From Planctomycetota bacterium (lineage in GTDB: Bacteria; Planctomycetota; B15-G4), in assembly GCA_965248575.1 (NCBI GenBank), contig CBDFJQ010000002.1, positions 3,712,001-3,776,000 of the forward strand: a stretch of 64,000 bases of DNA, written 5' to 3'. Position numbers and translations under genes: made by a program. The notes under the pieces are model-generated. The model made no database searches, was not told where the DNA came from, and saw only the letters and a list, made by a program, of their open reading frames with translations. Shown here piece after piece: positions 28,116-39,574 of this stretch (position 1 is the first letter of the stretch; every line of letters begins with the position of its first letter).

Positions 28116-30776
28116 ATGTTCCGTTCTCTATCGCGACTTGCCGTCGCAGGCGTCCTGCTCGCCGCACAAGTGCCAGCACAGCTGGCGCCTTGTTCACAGT
28201 TCGACGCGCAGACCTACAACGATTTCCTCAGCCGTGTGCAGATGAACCAGTACACGACTGGCAATCTTCCGGTGCAGCCGGACCCCCTGAACCCGATCGT
28301 GGTGAGTTTGGCGTTTCACAGCATCAACACGCCCAATGGCACGGTGGAGGACTTTCGCTCCGCAGATGCCTCGGACATGTTGACTGCCGTGAAGCAGGCC
28401 TTTGTCGGGACCGGGATCGACTTCACAAACACCCCGACCCTGCTGACTCAGATCGAGAGTCCACTCTCGACTTTGGCAGCGGACGTCCCCCCGAGTGACA
28501 ACATGCAAATGCTGCTCGGTCTCTACCAGACACCCGATGCTATCGACGTCTTCCTGGTGGACTCCCTGCAGTTGTACTCTGCTGGCCTGCGCGGCATTGC
28601 CACGGTGAGTCTTTGCGACGGGAACGTGGGAGTCGTGGTGGACAAGCACTTCACTCCCAATGGGACCTTCTACAGCCCGGGCACGGGGATCGACACCAGT
28701 GGAGTCTGGGTGCACGAGCTTGGGCACTACTTCGACCTGATCCACCCTTCGGAGGAGTGGATGTTCCCCCCCCTCTATGCGGCCGATTGCCCCGGTGATG
28801 TGTGCATCCCCAATCAGGTGAGTACGACGGGAGATTTCGTCTGCGACACCCCGGCGGCACCGGATCCACTGGCCTACTTCCCCACGAACCTCTACCCCAA
28901 CTGTGTCTACTCCCCACCCGTGAATCCGCCAGTGGTGACCCAGCCGCAGTCCGCCTGTCCGAACATGCCGTACTCCGATCCCATGGGCGTCATCGCCACC
29001 AACTGGATGACGTTGCAGGACCCCACGTGCCGGAGTTCGTTCACGCCGGGTCAGGTGGAACGGATGTTCGCGAGCATGATCAACTTCCGGCCTGAGCTCT
29101 ACGATCACTGCCTTGCGGGAAACGCGAGCTTGTTTAACTGTGACCCCGCTATCGAGTTCCTGACTCCGGCATCCGGGAATGCCGGCACGGCCATCGAGAT
29201 CGCACCCAACGTCGAGTTCGGAGGCGTCGATGTGCTTGCGAGCGTCCCAGATCAGCGGATTCTCGTGTTCCACGGCGACGATCTTTCGGATGTCAGCAAC
29301 ACCTCGGTCATCATTCCTAACGACCCGCTTTCCGTGGGCCGTTTTGGTGCCGCACTCAGTGGTGACGGTGACACCTTGCTTGTGGGTATTCCCGATGGTG
29401 GTCCCGGCGGCAGTGGGCGTGTGTTCAGCCACGTGCGGCACGCCAACGGAGACTACACCCCCAACCAGTCACTCGATGCCCTCGTGACCGGCCCGGTCAC
29501 CAACGACTTCGGTGTGGCTCTCGATCACTACGGCGACTGGGCCGTGATCGGTGTCAACGACAAGGAAGCCTCGGGTGTAGGCCAGGTGGGCCTCGCCTAC
29601 GTGTACGACTGGGATCCAAGCGACGGGTTCATGGGTGAGTGGGGGCCGATCCCCAACACGACCCTGCGGCCCGCGGACTTCGGCAGCCTGTTGCCGTCCT
29701 CCGACCTGCGGAACTGGGGTGGTTCAGTAGCCATTTCCGGCAAGTTCATCGTGCTGGGCGCTTCCAAGGCTCCTCGCCTGGACGATACGGACCCGCGCAC
29801 GGGTGCGGTCTTCGTGTGGCGCCGTGCCGGTTCGACGTGGCAGCCCTTCCAGATGATCTCGCCCGACGTGGGCAGCACCTCCTTTGGTTGGGACGTGGAC
29901 ATCTGGGGCGACACGATCGTGGTGGGTGCGCCTGACGACAACGTGCTGGGCATGGCGACAGGCAGTGTGTCCATCTACACCTTCGATGCCGCCACCCAGC
30001 AGTTCGAGCGCGACGTGCGCATCACCAACCCCGAGAACCAGTTCAGCAGCTTCGGGGACGATGTGGCCATCGGTCACAACCTGGTGGTGGTGGGTGACCC
30101 CGGCTTCGGTGCGGGGCGTGCCTACACCTATGAGCGTCGTCCGTTCAATCAGTGGCAGGTGGTGGGGGTGAACAACCCTGTGGATTCGCCCTTCGACTTC
30201 GACCAGGGCTACGGCGAGAGCGTCGCGGCCACCCGTGATGGCTACCTCGTAGGTGCCCCGCGGCTGGATCGGCTGCCCTTCGGCGGTTCGGTCCAGGTGG
30301 ATGCTGGCGGTCTCTATGCGTTTCCTTACGCCGAACCGGCGCCGGGAACCTTGAGCACCTCTGGCAATCAGATGTCCGCCAGCGCCGGTGGGCAGGTTGT
30401 CTTCAGCCTGGACTTTGGTGTCGCTGCGGCGGGCCAGAGCTATGCCGTGGGCGGGACCTTCTCGGGCACCGAGGACGGTCAGACGTTCTTCTTCCAAGGA
30501 GCATCGCCGTCGAGTTCCGCACCGCACGAGACCTTGCGCACGGTGTTGGACAAGGACAGCTACTTCGATCTGTCCAGTACCGGGGGTGGTTCGCCGCTGT
30601 TGCTGACAGGATTCGGGATGCTGGATGCCAATGGGCAGGCGAACGTCACGTTCTTCTGGCCACAGGGATTCCTGGCGGGTTCGCCCGACCTGCCCCTGAC
30701 TTTCACCCACATCGCCTTGTTGCCGAAGGACCGGCACTACGAGACGGCTCAGGTGGACGTCGTGATCACCCCGTAG
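28116..30776 (+). CDS. secreted M43 (pappalysin-like) zinc metalloprotease with FG-GAP repeats
   Basis: Signal peptide; HELGHYFDLIH, GDFVCDTP, NWM Met-turn, FTPGQVERM; FG-GAP repeats (FGWDVDIWGDTIVVGAP) and a C-terminal beta domain. Confidence 0.88.
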   Translation: MFRSLSRLAVAGVLLAAQVPAQLAPCSQFDAQTYNDFLSRVQMNQYTTGNLPVQPDPLNPIVVSLAFHSINTPNGTVEDFRSADASDMLTAVKQAFVGTGIDFTNTPTLLTQIESPLSTLAADVPPSDNMQMLLGLYQTPDAIDVFLVDSLQLYSAGLRGIATVSLCDGNVGVVVDKHFTPNGTFYSPGTGIDTSGVWVHELGHYFDLIHPSEEWMFPPLYAADCPGDVCIPNQVSTTGDFVCDTPAAPDPLAYFPTNLYPNCVYSPPVNPPVVTQPQSACPNMPYSDPMGVIATNWMTLQDPTCRSSFTPGQVERMFASMINFRPELYDHCLAGNASLFNCDPAIEFLTPASGNAGTAIEIAPNVEFGGVDVLASVPDQRILVFHGDDLSDVSNTSVIIPNDPLSVGRFGAALSGDGDTLLVGIPDGGPGGSGRVFSHVRHANGDYTPNQSLDALVTGPVTNDFGVALDHYGDWAVIGVNDKEASGVGQVGLAYVYDWDPSDGFMGEWGPIPNTTLRPADFGSLLPSSDLRNWGGSVAISGKFIVLGASKAPRLDDTDPRTGAVFVWRRAGSTWQPFQMISPDVGSTSFGWDVDIWGDTIVVGAPDDNVLGMATGSVSIYTFDAATQQFERDVRITNPENQFSSFGDDVAIGHNLVVVGDPGFGAGRAYTYERRPFNQWQVVGVNNPVDSPFDFDQGYGESVAATRDGYLVGAPRLDRLPFGGSVQVDAGGLYAFPYAEPAPGTLSTSGNQMSASAGGQVVFSLDFGVAAAGQSYAVGGTFSGTEDGQTFFFQGASPSSSAPHETLRTVLDKDSYFDLSSTGGGSPLLLTGFGMLDANGQANVTFFWPQGFLAGSPDLPLTFTHIALLPKDRHYETAQVDVVITP

Positions 30777-30909
30777 GGCGCCTTGCGTCCTAGAAGCCGC
30801 TGGCGTCGCCGCATGGCCCCTGCAGAAAGAGAGCTGTAGGAAAGTGCGAGGCGTCGGCGGCTTCATTGGGTTCGGGCGAGGCGTGGGCCCGCTTTCTGCT
30901 GGGGCCAGC

Positions 30910-33900
30910 TCAGGCCTGAGCGGAGCGCGCGGAGGCCATCAGCGCATCCAGCCGCTGCGGCGACACCTTCACCGACGTGCCTAGTTCCTGGGCGTAGACA
31001 GAGATGCGAAACTCCTCGAGCATCCAAGTCAGCTCTTCGAGCTCCGGGCCCGTTTCACCCAAGGCGTCCTGCAGCTTCTCGAGTTTGGCGAACGCCTGTT
31101 GATGAGGCCGCAGTTTCTCGCTGAGCTCTGCGTCCTTGAGCGCGCCGCGTGTGTCGAGGCGCTCGAGCCGTCGCTCGGCCCCGGCCAGGTAGCGGGGCAC
31201 ATGCTGTAGCCAAGCCCAGTCAGCGTGCACGAGAGGGTGGCGGGCCATGAGTTCTTGGCTCTGCTGCTGAACGTCCTGGGTCGCGGCGAGGTCCCGGGCG
31301 CGCGGCGTTCCCTCCAGCCTGACGCGCAGCGCGTGCCATGCCTTGAGCACCCGGCGGGCAACAGCCAAGGTCTCGTCGAGGCAGCGCATCCAGCGGGTCT
31401 CGCCCTCGCGCAGCAGCGCCAGGAAGTGCACCTCGTCACGGACGTCGACATCAGTGGGAAACCACGCGCGTTGGACGATGCGCTGCACGACTTGACTCTC
31501 AAGCGGCTCGTTGTCGTCCAGCGTCGCGGCCATCAAGAGCAGCTCGGACCAGTCGGGCTCCCGTCGTAGTCGGCGGGCGAGGCGACCGCCGACTGCCAGG
31601 CGCACCAGGCACTTCAGGCCCTTGCGCGTGGCTCGTGCGGCCAGCTCGGCGCGCGGCATGAGGCGCAGGGACACGGAGTCGCGGGCGTCCACCAGGGCGG
31701 GGTGGGCGACGACGCCGCCCGGGAGTTCGACGTGTCGCGGCAAGGCGCCGAACGTCCAGGCCTTCAGGCCATCCCGATGCCAGGTGTTGTCAGCGAGTTG
31801 CTTCACGGCACCGGCGGTCTCCTCCCTGAGGCGCGAGCGCAGGGCGGCGAGGTTCCGGTCCACATCGAGCACTTCACCCGCCCCGTCGATGACCTCGACG
31901 CGCATGTTCAAGCTCGGGTGGAGATCGTTGGGGCGGAAGCTCGCGGGGTCCACGGGCAGGCCGCCTACACGGGTCAGGGCGCGGGCCAAGGCGGGCAGCA
32001 ACGGCCCAACCCCAAAAGTGAGTTCGGCCATGGCCGCGTCCACGCTGGTGGGGATGGGGACGAGGTGGCGTCGCTCGGGTTTTGAAAGGGTGCGCACGAG
32101 CGCGATGGCCTTCTCCCGCAGCCAACCAGGGACGAGCCAGGGCAGGCGTTCTTCCGGGAGTTGTTCGAGCAGGGGCAACGGAACGCGCACGCTGACGCCG
32201 TCGTCCTCCTCCCCCGGCGACATGGCGTAGTGCAGTTCGAGCGACTTGTCCGCGACCATCAGGTGGTCGGGGTAGGCCGTCTCCATGAGCTCGCCCACTT
32301 CGCCCCGCAGCAGGTCGCTGAGGTTCATGAACAGCACGCCGGGGTCGAGCTTCTCGGCCCGGCGACGCCAGCGCTGCAAGGCCTGGGTGCCTGTGATGGT
32401 CTCGGGCAGCAGGCGGTCGTAGAAGTCGTAACGGACGTCGAGGTCGGCCAGCAGGCCTCGGCGTCTGGTGCGCGCCTCCAGGGCGGCGACGCTGTTCACG
32501 AGGTCGACGTTGTGGCGCAGGAAGGGCGCGCTCGCGTTCACGTCCCCCTCGGCGAGGGCGCGCAGGAAGATCTCGCGCGAGATGACGGGGTCGATGGTGT
32601 CGTAGAACACCCGGCGGCGGGGGATGATCACCAGCTCGCCGAGGCTGACGCGTTCGAGCGCGACGGCGCGGCCCGAGGGTCGGTCCCAGCTGGGCTCTTG
32701 GTGGCTGCGTTTGACGAGGTCCTTGGCGAAGAGCTCGACGTCGCGCGGATCGATTCGCGCCACGGTTCGTGCCCAGCGTCGCTCGGTCTCAAAGACCTCG
32801 GCGGCCACGATCCAGCGTGGCTTGCGTTCGAAGACCGCCGAGCCGGGCCAGATCCAGAGGGTGCTGCCGTCAGGAGCGGTGTACTCGTGCTTGGAGGTCT
32901 TCTCGGCGATGCGCGTGGGGAAGCCTGCCAGCAACGAACGGTGGATGGCTTCCCGGTCGTCTCGGCGCTCCGCACCCGGCTTCCAGTGCTTGGTCCAGCC
33001 CTGTTGCTTGGCCATGTCCATGAGCTGCGCCAGGACGTCCGACCACTCCCGGCAACGGGCTGGTGAGAGGAAGAGCTTGCGCGCTGCTGCAGCGAACTTG
33101 CGGCGTCGGCCGTGCTTGCGTTGAAGGGCGTCGATGGCGTCCCAGAGCAGGAGCAGGGACATGAGGTCGGACTCGCCGTCGTCGAAGGCGGCGTGGGCAC
33201 GGTCGGCGGCTTCCTGTTTGCCCTGGGGCCGCTCCCGCGGGTCCCCCACCTCGAGCGCCGCCACCAGGATCAGCATCGAGCGCAGGCAGCCTTGCTCCTG
33301 GGCCTCCAGCAGGATGCGCCCCAGGCGCGGGTCCACGGGCAGTCGGGCCAGGGTCTTGCCCAGTTCGCTCAGCCGCTCTCCTTCACCCAGGGCACCGATT
33401 TCGTGCAGGGTGCGCCGGCCGTCGGCCACGTGGCTGCGTCGTGGCGGGTCGAGGAAGGGGAAGTCCTCCACCCGACCCAGCTTGAGGTCCGCCATCTGCA
33501 GCATGACCGCCGCGAGGTTGCTGCGTTGGATCTCCGGTGTCGTGTATTCGGGGCGCTTCTCGAACTCGTCTTCGCTGTAGAGCCGAACGCAGACGCCTGG
33601 GCCCAGGCGACCGCAGCGGCCCGCCCTTTGCTGGGCTGCCGCCTGGCTGATGTCCTCGATGGGCAGGCGTTGTACGCGAGTGCGCGGGGAGTAGCGGCTG
33701 GTGCGCGCAGTGCCCGTGTCGACCACGGCGCGGATGCGCGGCACGGTCACCGAGGACTCGGCCACATTGGTGGACAGGATCACGCGTCGCCGTGCGCCGC
33801 CATCCTCAAAGACCTTGCGCTGCTCGGCGATGGCCAGGCGCGCGTAGAGCGGCAGCACATCCACCGGGACGTCGGTGAGCCGGCGCCCGCGCAACACCTT

Positions 33901-34950
33901 GGTGCATTCCAGGATGTCGCGCTCGGTGGGCAGGAAGACCAGCACGTCGCCGGGCGCTTCGCGCAGTAGGTCCTGGGTTGCATCCGCCACGGCCCGGGAA
34001 ACGTCCACCTCGCCCGTGGCCTCGTCGACATCCGGCTGCTCATATCGGACCTCGACGGGGTGCAACCGCCCGCCTACCTCGACGATGGGGGCCGGCACGC
34101 CGCCTCGCCCCAGCCACTCGGCGAAGCGTTGGGCGTCGAGGGTGGCCGAGGTGACCACGAGCTTGAGTTCCGGTCGCCGCGGCAGGAGCTTGAGCAGGTA
34201 GCCCAGCAGGTAGTCGATGTTCAGCGAACGCTCGTGGGCCTCGTCCACCAGGATCGCGTCGTAAGCCAGCAGCTGTGGGTCGCCGCGGGTCTCGGCCAGC
34301 AGGATGCCGTCCGTCATGAGCTTGATGTAGGTGTCGGCCGACGTGCTGTCGTTGAAGCGCACCTTGAAGCCCACGTCCTTGCCGAGCGGCGAGCCCATCT
34401 CGTGGGCGATGCGGTGGGCGAGGGTGCGGGCCGCGACGCGCCGGGGTTGCGTGTGCCCGATGAAGCCGTCCCGCCCATGGCCCAGTTCGAGCAGCAGCTT
34501 GGGCAACTGGGTGGACTTGCCGGAGCCCGTCTCGCCACACACGACGACCACCTGGTGCTCGCGCAGGGCGGCGGCGATCTCTCCGCGCTGGGCGCTGACC
34601 GGAAGCTCGGGGGGATAGGTCGGTGTGGGTGCGCGCTCCGCGCGACGGAGTTTGAGTCGCGCACTCTCCGTCAGCTGGCGGGTGAGGCGGCTCAGGTTCT
34701 TGTCGTGGGGCTGGCCACGTGCCCTGGCCTGGGTGACGCGCCGCAGCAGGCGTTGCAGGGCAGGAACGTCGGCCCTGAGTGCGGTCGAGAGTTGCTCCGG
34801 GCTCGGCAGGTCCTCCGGAGCCTTTGACGTGGGGCTGGATGGCTGGGTGCGGGGCTGCTCGTCACCGCCCAGTGGGCGGCTCTCCGACCGTCCCGTCTCT
34901 CCATCAACCGGGGTCCGGGCCTGGTTCCGGGGGCGGTTGGGAGTGGCCAT
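30910..34950 (-). CDS. hrpA: ATP-dependent RNA helicase HrpA
   Basis: GETGSGKSTQLPK, TQPRRVAA, DEAHERS, SAT, STNVAESSVT, QRAGRCGR, C-terminal EEFRISVYAQELGT. Confidence 0.97.
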   Translation of the reverse strand: MATPNRPRNQARTPVDGETGRSESRPLGGDEQPRTQPSSPTSKAPEDLPSPEQLSTALRADVPALQRLLRRVTQARARGQPHDKNLSRLTRQLTESARLKLRRAERAPTPTYPPELPVSAQRGEIAAALREHQVVVVCGETGSGKSTQLPKLLLELGHGRDGFIGHTQPRRVAARTLAHRIAHEMGSPLGKDVGFKVRFNDSTSADTYIKLMTDGILLAETRGDPQLLAYDAILVDEAHERSLNIDYLLGYLLKLLPRRPELKLVVTSATLDAQRFAEWLGRGGVPAPIVEVGGRLHPVEVRYEQPDVDEATGEVDVSRAVADATQDLLREAPGDVLVFLPTERDILECTKVLRGRRLTDVPVDVLPLYARLAIAEQRKVFEDGGARRRVILSTNVAESSVTVPRIRAVVDTGTARTSRYSPRTRVQRLPIEDISQAAAQQRAGRCGRLGPGVCVRLYSEDEFEKRPEYTTPEIQRSNLAAVMLQMADLKLGRVEDFPFLDPPRRSHVADGRRTLHEIGALGEGERLSELGKTLARLPVDPRLGRILLEAQEQGCLRSMLILVAALEVGDPRERPQGKQEAADRAHAAFDDGESDLMSLLLLWDAIDALQRKHGRRRKFAAAARKLFLSPARCREWSDVLAQLMDMAKQQGWTKHWKPGAERRDDREAIHRSLLAGFPTRIAEKTSKHEYTAPDGSTLWIWPGSAVFERKPRWIVAAEVFETERRWARTVARIDPRDVELFAKDLVKRSHQEPSWDRPSGRAVALERVSLGELVIIPRRRVFYDTIDPVISREIFLRALAEGDVNASAPFLRHNVDLVNSVAALEARTRRRGLLADLDVRYDFYDRLLPETITGTQALQRWRRRAEKLDPGVLFMNLSDLLRGEVGELMETAYPDHLMVADKSLELHYAMSPGEEDDGVSVRVPLPLLEQLPEERLPWLVPGWLREKAIALVRTLSKPERRHLVPIPTSVDAAMAELTFGVGPLLPALARALTRVGGLPVDPASFRPNDLHPSLNMRVEVIDGAGEVLDVDRNLAALRSRLREETAGAVKQLADNTWHRDGLKAWTFGALPRHVELPGGVVAHPALVDARDSVSLRLMPRAELAARATRKGLKCLVRLAVGGRLARRLRREPDWSELLLMAATLDDNEPLESQVVQRIVQRAWFPTDVDVRDEVHFLALLREGETRWMRCLDETLAVARRVLKAWHALRVRLEGTPRARDLAATQDVQQQSQELMARHPLVHADWAWLQHVPRYLAGAERRLERLDTRGALKDAELSEKLRPHQQAFAKLEKLQDALGETGPELEELTWMLEEFRISVYAQELGTSVKVSPQRLDALMASARSAQA

Positions 34951-35236
34951 CGCGGCATGGTAGCGGAGGAGCTTCCGTGCGTCTTGATGCGTCTGCGAGT
35001 TCGAGCTCGGCTAGTTGGCGGTGAGGCGTCCCGTGGCGGGTCATGTCGGTCATGAGGGCCACGACTTCGTCGGGGCCCTTGTCCGCCTCGAGACGGAGTT
35101 CTGCGACTTGTTCGCTGACGAGTCCAACTCCATCGGTCATGGCAGCCACGATGAACGTGGTGACCACGATTCCAATCAGTAGTTCGAGCAGTGTGAATCC
35201 GCCGGAGGACCGGCGACGCGGAGGCATCAAGAGCAT
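34904..35236 (-). CDS. orphan prepilin-type N-terminal methylation protein, possibly truncated
   Basis: RRRSSGG-FTLLELLIGIVV type IV prepilin motif after AAGGAAG RBS; only 110 aa, and the C-terminus runs into hrpA. Confidence 0.5.
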   Translation of the reverse strand: MLLMPPRRRSSGGFTLLELLIGIVVTTFIVAAMTDGVGLVSEQVAELRLEADKGPDEVVALMTDMTRHGTPHRQLAELELADASRRTEAPPLPCRDGHSQPPPEPGPDPG

Positions 35237-35426
35237 GTTCGGCTTCCTTGTGGTGAGCCTCCTCTTCAGGCGCAGCCCACTCATCGGGCCCGGGATGGGG
35301 TGAGTTGGGTGTTCGCTGGAAACTGTCTCAAGGCCGTGGCGCACTGATGGCCTCGGCCATCCGGTGTAGACTGCGCGTCCCCCCGGATCTGTCGCTCATC
35401 TCTCCCGAACCTCCTGAGCCGATCCC

Positions 35427-36830
35427 ATGCAGTTCTCCCGCAGCTCCTTTGTCTTCGTCCATCTCTTGCTCGGGGTGTCGATCTCGAGCGCCGTGATGGC
35501 GCAGTCCTCTCTCCCTGTTCAGCGCCACGCTTTCCCTGAGCCCTTGGTCGACGCGTGGTCAGCCGTCGGCGCCTTGCAACCGCTGCAGATCGAACGGTTG
35601 GGCACGGCAGCGGACGCGGCGGTCCCGCTGCGAGCCGTGCAGGGAAGACTGTCGCCGGCGCTCGAGCAGCTCCTACGCGATCCCGCGTCGGTGGGGCGAC
35701 TGCTTCAGCTCAACGCCTTCGTCGACCGCCCGCTCGTCGTGCGCTTGGAAACCTTCGTGGCCCCTGCGTTCAGCGATGCCGTCTGGCTGGGCGTTCTCGT
35801 GGGTGAGCCGAGCAGTCGCGTGCAGGTGGCTCTCAGCGGGGACGCCTTGGTGGCTGAGATCTCCTCGCTGAGCGTCGGTCGATTCAGCATCCGCCCCGCT
35901 GGGGGTGGCGCTCATCACATGCTGGAGTGGCCCCTTGAGGAACACCATGTTTGCGGGGTGACGGGCGCCGGTGTGCGCTCGGCTGCTGCGCAACCAGCGG
36001 CGAGTGTCCAGGGCGCAGCGACGTTCCCGACGGGGGGCGCGCGCTCACATCCCGTGCGCAAGCTTCCTCCTGTGGGCGGCGTGCTGTCCTCGCCGCCCCT
36101 GCTCCCAGGCTCGGGGGGGGCGACGCTCGGTACCCTCGACCCACCGACGGATCCCTTGTTCGTCGACGTGCTCGTGGTCTACAGCCCCGCGGCGCTGTCT
36201 TTGGTGGGCGGCGTGTCCGCCATGCAGGCACTGGCCGACGGACACATCGCCTACACCAACGGTGTCTACGCGGACAGTGGTGTGGAGCATCGCGTGCGCC
36301 TCGTGGGCTTGGCAGAAACCGCCTATGTGGAATCCGGCAATCTGCTCACGGACATCGACCGGCTGAAGAAGACCAGCGACGGCTTCATGGATGAGGTGCA
36401 TCCCCTGCGCAACAGCGTGGCGGCCGACCTCGTCAGCCTGATCGTGGTCGCGGGCTCCGCGGGGACGGCCTACATGCTCGACGTCCTGGACACGTCCTTC
36501 GCCAGTGAGGCCTTCAGCGCCCTGTCGAGTGCGTCAGCCGGGCTCGTGTTCGCGCACGAGGTGGGCCACAACATGGGGCTCAGCCACAACAACGGACCAG
36601 GCGCGCCTGCAACGGTGTTCTGCGATGCCTTCGGCCATCGCACGGTTGGGCCTCAATACCGGACGATCATGTCCAACCCGCCTGGCATCCGCGTGGACTT
36701 CTTCTCCAACCCCGACCTGACCTTCGATGGTTTTGCCTTGGGTGTGAGCGGTGTGGGCTGCCCGTCCGATGCGGCGGACAGTGTTCGCACCATGAAGGCC
36801 ACCGCACCCATCGTGGCCGCTTTCCGCTAG
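35427..36830 (+). CDS. secreted reprolysin-like (M12B-type) zinc metalloprotease
   Basis: Signal peptide, prodomain with HVCG (possible cysteine switch), VDVLVVYS, ADLVSL, HEVGHNMGLSH, TIMS Met-turn, FSNP. Confidence 0.88.
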   Translation: MQFSRSSFVFVHLLLGVSISSAVMAQSSLPVQRHAFPEPLVDAWSAVGALQPLQIERLGTAADAAVPLRAVQGRLSPALEQLLRDPASVGRLLQLNAFVDRPLVVRLETFVAPAFSDAVWLGVLVGEPSSRVQVALSGDALVAEISSLSVGRFSIRPAGGGAHHMLEWPLEEHHVCGVTGAGVRSAAAQPAASVQGAATFPTGGARSHPVRKLPPVGGVLSSPPLLPGSGGATLGTLDPPTDPLFVDVLVVYSPAALSLVGGVSAMQALADGHIAYTNGVYADSGVEHRVRLVGLAETAYVESGNLLTDIDRLKKTSDGFMDEVHPLRNSVAADLVSLIVVAGSAGTAYMLDVLDTSFASEAFSALSSASAGLVFAHEVGHNMGLSHNNGPGAPATVFCDAFGHRTVGPQYRTIMSNPPGIRVDFFSNPDLTFDGFALGVSGVGCPSDAADSVRTMKATAPIVAAFR

Positions 36831-36917
36831 CGCCTGCGCGCGCTTTGTGCGCAATCGTCCCTGCCGAAGATGGCATCCTGTCTCGCCCAGACGGCCCTCA
36901 GGAATGGAGCAGCCCGC

Positions 36918-37774
<857 letters not shown>

Positions 37775-37778
<4 letters not shown>

Positions 37779-39337
37779 CGGTCGTCGCCGATGTAGCCGA
37801 GGGCCCTCAAGCTCTCATAGGTTTCGGCATCCAACTCGGCCTGCTCGACGCGGAGGCCGTCGGTGCGCGATGCGCTGATTTCGCGCGAGGTCTGTTCCAG
37901 CTCTTGGCGCAGGGCTTGATCGATTTTCGAAGGGGCTTGCACGTCGAACAGGCTGTTCAACTCGGCGGCATCTCGGGAGAGATCGAAGCGCGTGAAGCGG
38001 TAGCGGTGCTCAGCCGGCAAGGCGAGGTTCTCCATGAGCTTCTGGCTCCCCCGCCGGAGCACCCGGTAGTGTGCCTCGTCCATGTCGAGCTCTGAGTAGA
38101 CGCTTTCCCGCGCGGGGGCTGATGTGCTCTCAGAGGTTGCGCCAAGCGGGAGCCCCTTGTTCGAGGACAGGTACGGGGAGAGGTCGTGTCCCTGATGAGC
38201 CTCGACGGTGGGGACGCCGACTGCGGCGAGCACCGTGGGCGCGACATCCAAGAGGCTCACCGGATCGCTGACAAAGGAGGCCGCGAGCGCGTCGCTCCGT
38301 GCAGCCACCGGTGCCGCCACGGGTGCAGCATGCGGCTTGATGATCAGCGGCACCCGGATCTGCTCTTCGAAGAGATCGATGCCGTGGCCGCGACGGGTGT
38401 GGTCCCAGAGGCCCTCGCCGTGGTCGGAGGTCAACACCACGAACACGTCATCCAGAGATCCGACTTGCTGCGAGACGCCTTCGAGAAGGCGACCAATCCA
38501 CTCATCGCAGTAGCGCACCTCGCCGCGGTAGAGGGCTTGGATGCGGCCGCGATCCTGCTCGCTGAGTTGGTGCACGGACTCCGAGTCCATGGCCTCAAGG
38601 TCGGTTCGGGAACCGCTGAAGCGACCGTCTGCGAAGCGCGGGTTCTCGGGGCCGTGAGGCAGGTAGGGGGAGTGGGGGTCGATGTAGTGCAAGGAAAGGA
38701 AGAGCGAGCGTCCGCTGGCAGCCGGTGTCGCGCGCCAGGCCGCGAGCTCCTCGAGAGCTTCGCGCGTGATGGCTTCGGCCGGGTGGACGAGCACGTCGTC
38801 GGGGTAACCGGCGAGCAAGTCGTCAGACGGAGTGCGGTAGCTGTCGTAGCCCTGGGCGAAGCCGTGCGTCGGGCTGACGTTGCCGTTGGCGTAGAGACCG
38901 ATGCAGTCGAAGTCGCCCGTCGCCTTGAGGCTCTCTGCGAGTGTGGAGGCGCTGTCGGCCAAGCCGTCGTTACGCCCCACGCAGCCCAGGGCCGAGGGGA
39001 AGCGGCCGGTGAAGAGCGAGGCCACCGAGGCACGCGTCCATGAAGAGCTAGCCAGGGCGTTGCTGAAGACGGTGCCCTGCTCGGCCAGGGCGTCGATGTT
39101 CGGTGTCAGGCCCTTGGCCGACCCGCACGCGCCCACGTGGTCGGCACGCAGGGTGTCCACCAGGATCATGAGCAGGAGCCTGGGGCGTTGGGTGGTGTCG
39201 GCGGCGGCAGCGCGTGACGGTGTCGCTTCCGAATGATGCGTGGCGACGGGTTCCGGTGGCGCCTCGCTGCATCCAGCGCAAGCAAGGCCCACAGCGGTGG
39301 TAGCAAGCAGAGTCAGGATCCAGGAGCGTGAACACAT
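37775..39337 (-). CDS. sulfatase-like / alkaline phosphatase superfamily hydrolase, probable lipoprotein
   Basis: CAGC lipobox-like N-terminus, [47 protein letters not shown]. Confidence 0.85.
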
Positions 39338-39574
39338 GCCGGGGAGTCTACTCGTTCGGGCAAACGACGCCGTGAACACTGCACAGGTCTGCGCCATGCA
39401 TGGGAACCGAAGTTCCGAGACGCAGGAGTCGTTCAACCCATGTTCCCGGGCGTTGGGCGCTTCAAAAAAGCGGCAAGAAAGTTGTCCTCTCACGACATGA
39501 GCGAACGCTCTCTGTGAGGGAGCGGGTTGCGCCCAGCTCTTGTTCTTTCCCACCCATGCCCAAGGGAACCAACC

